55,185 nt of DNA from Catajapyx aquilonaris. Its lineage: Eukaryota. The notes beneath the pieces are model-generated. The model worked only from the letters and a program-made list of their open reading frames with translations. It was not told the DNA's origin and searched no databases. The stretch is taken from the NCBI GenBank assembly GCA_000934665.2, contig KZ538142.1, forward strand, positions 62,001-117,185. The letters run 5' to 3'. Shown here piece by piece: positions 51,235 to 55,185 of the stretch. The position numbers and the translations under genes are program-made. Position 1 is the first letter of the stretch. Each line of letters starts with the position of its first letter.

Positions 51235-52709
51235 CTAGCCCCGATCTGTTCAAATTCTGAAGTTGGAATGTGTCCATTCCGTCTGTACTAAATGCAGTGA
51301 CTATCACTCTACTTTTGGGTCACCCAAGTGAATTAGACGCACACTCTCTCTCCTTGATTCCACAAACTCTCTCTTGCTTTCTTAGGCCCCCCCACTCCCA
51401 CCAACCTCTACCGCCCACCCCTTCGCTCCGCTTACTGACAAAACAAGGGCCGGCACTAATTTCCTCCAACCTGATTGCCTTTGCCGCAAAACCCTCTCTA
51501 GGAGAAGGAAAAGAGAACACCACATATATCCAGCTAAAAAAAAATTTAATCAGACCAACGGGGGGGACACTCCAGGGTGTATACAGTGGTGGTGCACTGT
51601 CCACTGGAGGGTTGGATGAAGAAGTTGTTTACCATAGCAACCAACCTAGCAAAACTCAGCCAGGGCGGACCTAAACCAATCCTAAAGAAATAGCTAATAT
51701 AACTGAGCTACAAATATAATAAGAGAAAATCTTGTAAGAAAAAATCATAAATAACATTGTTGATGTCACCTCTGAAGAAGAGGTTATTGAACCCAAGATG
51801 AGGGGAATGAACCCTTACAGCTCTGAACATGGCGGTCAGCAATGAACTGATAGGTACCATTTACAGCACCCTGGGTTGCCAAACACCATTGCATGTGCAG
51901 CAAGTAGAAGGAAGCAAATCAATAAGCAAATGACATTATGCAGATCCGATTCACCCAACCCCTACCCACCCTGATATATAATTTTTTTCCCCCCCATCCC
52001 CCTCGTTCCATCCGCCAATTCCATACCAAAAATCAACCATGATTCTTTTTTTCATAATTGCATCAACTTTGCACGGTCATAAGCGCAACGCATTTCCGCC
52101 AATACACGAGCCAATATTGTGGTGACGGGCATGGTAATTCCGGCTGCAAAATCGAAAAAGGAAAAAAAAAAATGTTTAAAATTTTTTGGGGGGAGCGGTG
52201 GAGTGGTGGTTCCAAACCGATTCCACATGAAGAGAGAGGGAGAGAGAGAGAGAAGGTGCCAGAGCCAGCCAGCAACTGGGATGCTGTGCCCCCGGGTACC
52301 ACCACATGCAGCAAAATAGCCGCGGAGCTACTGCTTGTACCTGTTATTATTAATGAGTACTTGCCCAACAGTTGGAACACGCCAAATGTCACAACCAAAC
52401 AGGCATAAATATGGCAGGCAGAGGGACTTATTCCCACCAAGTACACGCCCCACTGGAATATCGGCCGTGAAATTTTAAAACGCACGACGAAAACACTTCT
52501 GACTGTTTTAGCCCCAGTGGTTCAGTTTGATATAGAGCAGCCATGACCAACTAAACTCCAAAATTAAATACAATACAACAACATAGCATACAAACAAATA
52601 TATAATATCAAATTAATATAAAAATTATAAATATACCATAAGATATCAGATATATCATTAGCTATATAATTAATAAAGTAATTATAAATATTTTACTCGA
52701 GAAATATAT

Positions 52710-52830
52710 TACATAATAAATAATGAATATACTGCATAATAAATAATGAATATACTACATAATAAATAATGAATATACTACATAATAAATAATGAATACC
52801 TATACTACGTAATAAATAATATATACCGTA
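52710..52830. repeat. 23-bp AT-rich minisatellite (AATAAATAATGAATATACTACAT), about 5 copies
   Basis: Directly visible tandem units. Confidence 0.85.
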
Positions 52831-52926
52831 CATTACAATCATAATAAATAATAAAATATTTAAATGTGCATAATATGGCATGATAATAAAATATACCATA
52901 TACTATAATAATTTGAATAAAGTACA

Positions 52927-53177
52927 ACCATGGTGGCCGAGTTGGTACGTATATCGACTCGGCTTGCTGAGCGGAAGGTCTCGGGTTCGATCCCCACCCG
53001 GGAGTTCCCTTTCGCCTGCGTCAGGAGGGTCTCTGACCCGCGCCACGGAGGCGTCTGGCCGCGTCTGGCAACATAATTGTAACCTCCAGGGAGACTGCAC
53101 ATGACCCGGTTTGAGACATTGCACTANNNNNNNNNNNNNNNNNNNNNNNNNNNNNNNNNNNNNNNNNNNAAAAAAAA
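52927..53177 (+). mobile_element. tRNA-derived SINE
   Basis: Pol III A box TGGCCGAGTTGG (52934-52945), B box GGTTCGATCCC (52984-52994), GC-rich non-tRNA body, then an N gap (53127-53169) and an A run. Confidence 0.75.
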
Positions 53178-54672
53178 GCCCCCATAGCTACCCATGTCCT
53201 TTCGTTCCTGCACGGAGTTGAAGAAAATTACAAGGAAATTTGAAAATATGGTGGTGTTCCGTCCCCCTAAAAGAGCGCTGACCTCTCAATGGGGTAAATA
53301 AAAATATATAAAAATTAAATAGTATAAAATAATATTAAAAAGAGAGGAAAATTCTAAAATAACCTATATCCACATAAAAGCTACTATACGAGGGTGAAAT
53401 ATTTCTGTAACGGGGCAAATAGGACTTGACATCACTATAAACGGAACCACTATTTTAACTTATTAGTTTTAAACCTTCCCTATAAGTTAGGAGTTAGGCG
53501 AAGCCATTTTTGTATATTCGGATTTTTTTGTAGTTGATTGGATCATTTTTATAAAATTTATGCTACTATCACCAGAAATCAATTTTTTGTGTNCCCCAGT
53601 CACACATATAAAAACCTTGAGAGTGAGACGGCGACAGTTGAAACCTCGGCTTATCCTTCCCCAACTTTTGATGCCGTTTCCCACTTGGCCCACTGTCAGA
53701 AACTTTATGCCAGGTTTTTGAATATGGCTTGAAGTGTGGATATTAAAACGGCTCGCAGGTTGACGCTGTCTCTGTCAGTTCAAAGTCCTTCCCACACACA
53801 CACACACACATAATTATATACATACGAGGCTGGGGGCGGGATTCACCCAGATGCGAAGATTACCCTTCTCAGATTGACGTCCGAAACAACTCTGCGACGT
53901 CCGAGGTACTATATCTCGGCCGATAAGATCAGGACAATACACGTCGGAGTCTCTAATGGTTGTATCAATAGCTATAATAGTTATTCTGAGAAAAAACTTT
54001 AAGGCCTGAAATAACGCTTTTCCTCAACCTAATGTTAAAAGCTAATATTTTACATTCCCAATGGTTTGCTATTTCATGCTAAATTCTAACCTTTTCGTAA
54101 AGTGTTTTTGCGGCCAAGTCCAGCCTGCGAAAATGCTGAGTCCGCAACGCGATTAGGCAACCCCGCTTTTGCAACCCAACTTGACCATTGCATGCACGCA
54201 AGTTGGACCAAGCAAAGTCAAGTCCCACAAACGCAAAAATATTCGCGGAGACCTCTAATGCGGGAAGGGTCGCTTGACTCACACGTTTTAATCAAGGCCT
54301 AAACCGCGAATTAAACGCGGTTGCACCAACACAAAAATGTGAGAAAATCTCTTGATTATACGTAATCTTGAATTAGATCAGGTTGATTATCCTCGTTGCT
54401 ACCCGCAGGCGCCAATCGAGAACCTACCCGTATATTTTTTTTATCCGGTGAGCCAGAGGAGCCAAGGTGTTGACCCTCGAAAAGTATCAAGTGATATTAT
54501 CCGGTTCTGGCCGTCGATCGGATTCCCGGAGGCGACAGAAAAAACCGGGCTTAAATATTTCCACGCCTCTTTTTTCGCCTCTTTCACACCCTCGATAACG
54601 ACATAAGTCGACGTCCCACAAGCACTACACGGTGTTTCATAAGTCATGACAACAAGTACAATCGCGTAAATG

Positions 54673-55045
54673 AAGGTATAGCAGACCTCAAGATTATAAA
54701 CTAGCCTCCAAGAGAGGCATCTTAGTCGTGAAAAAGGAAAGATGCTAATTTCAGCTGAAATTAGCCTCTAGGAGAGGCCCTCAGTGGTATGACCGCATTC
54801 ACTTGCTTTATGTATGATCAAGTGAAGGTGGTCATACGGAGGACCACTCTTAGAGCCTAATTTCAGCTTTAGGTATATGCTACCTTATACTCCTTTCTGC
54901 GACTTTACATCTTGAAAAGGAGTAAGGTAGCAGACCTGAAGCTCAAATTAGCCTCCACAAGTCGTGATGAGGGAGGAACGCCTGTCTTGGAGGCTAATTT
55001 CAGCTTCAGGGCTGCTACCTTTTGGTGAAATGAGTAAGGTAGCAA
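54673..55045. repeat. Chain of alternately oriented copies of a ~35-bp MITE-like arm (AAGGTAGCAGACCTGAAGCTGAAATTAGCCTCCA)
   Basis: Forward arms at ~54673, ~54752 (partial), 54924 and ~55035 (partial); reverse arms at ~54744 (partial), ~54851-54886 and ~54988-55021. Confidence 0.7.
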
Positions 55046-55185
55046 ACCACATGATTTTAAGAAAGTGACAATGTGTGACCCCATGTCGCTTATGAATTTT
55101 TTCCATTTTTGTCTCCCAAGTCTTCGTCTCTCTTTTTTATCTGCCTTGTGTCTTAGATAGTGGGAGGTATATAGAAGGGAGGGGG

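Noticed and set aside
53387..53700. TA-CGAGGG mariner-like start and CCCACTGT Transib-like end
   Set aside because: No matching partner termini found.
1..55185. Conserved microRNA hairpins (e.g. Hox-linked miR-10, miR-iab-4, miR-993)
   Set aside because: None recognised by eye, and the long hairpins seen are explained by MITEs. A miRBase/Rfam search would be needed to exclude this properly.

Overview
Eukaryotic (metazoan, probably arthropod; inferred from the repeat types) non-coding DNA from a draft assembly with N gaps and single Ns inside poly-G/poly-C runs. No ORF in the six-frame track looks like a real protein. The window is dominated by small non-autonomous transposons: pogo/Tigger- and Tc1-like MITEs, two DINE-1/HINE-like elements, a tandem triplet of Helitron-like 5' ends, a tRNA-derived SINE, and a modular ~60-320 bp family present at least 10 times. 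Micro- and minisatellites are also common. The most notable non-repeat signal is two near-ideal recursive splice sites (ratchet points) on the minus strand, 17,235 bp apart (junctions 31959/31958 and 14724/14723). Each has TACTAAT with the branch A at -24, a polypyrimidine tract, and YAG|GTGAGT. This suggests the window lies inside a very long intron of a minus-strand gene that is removed stepwise. The host gene cannot be identified from this window.
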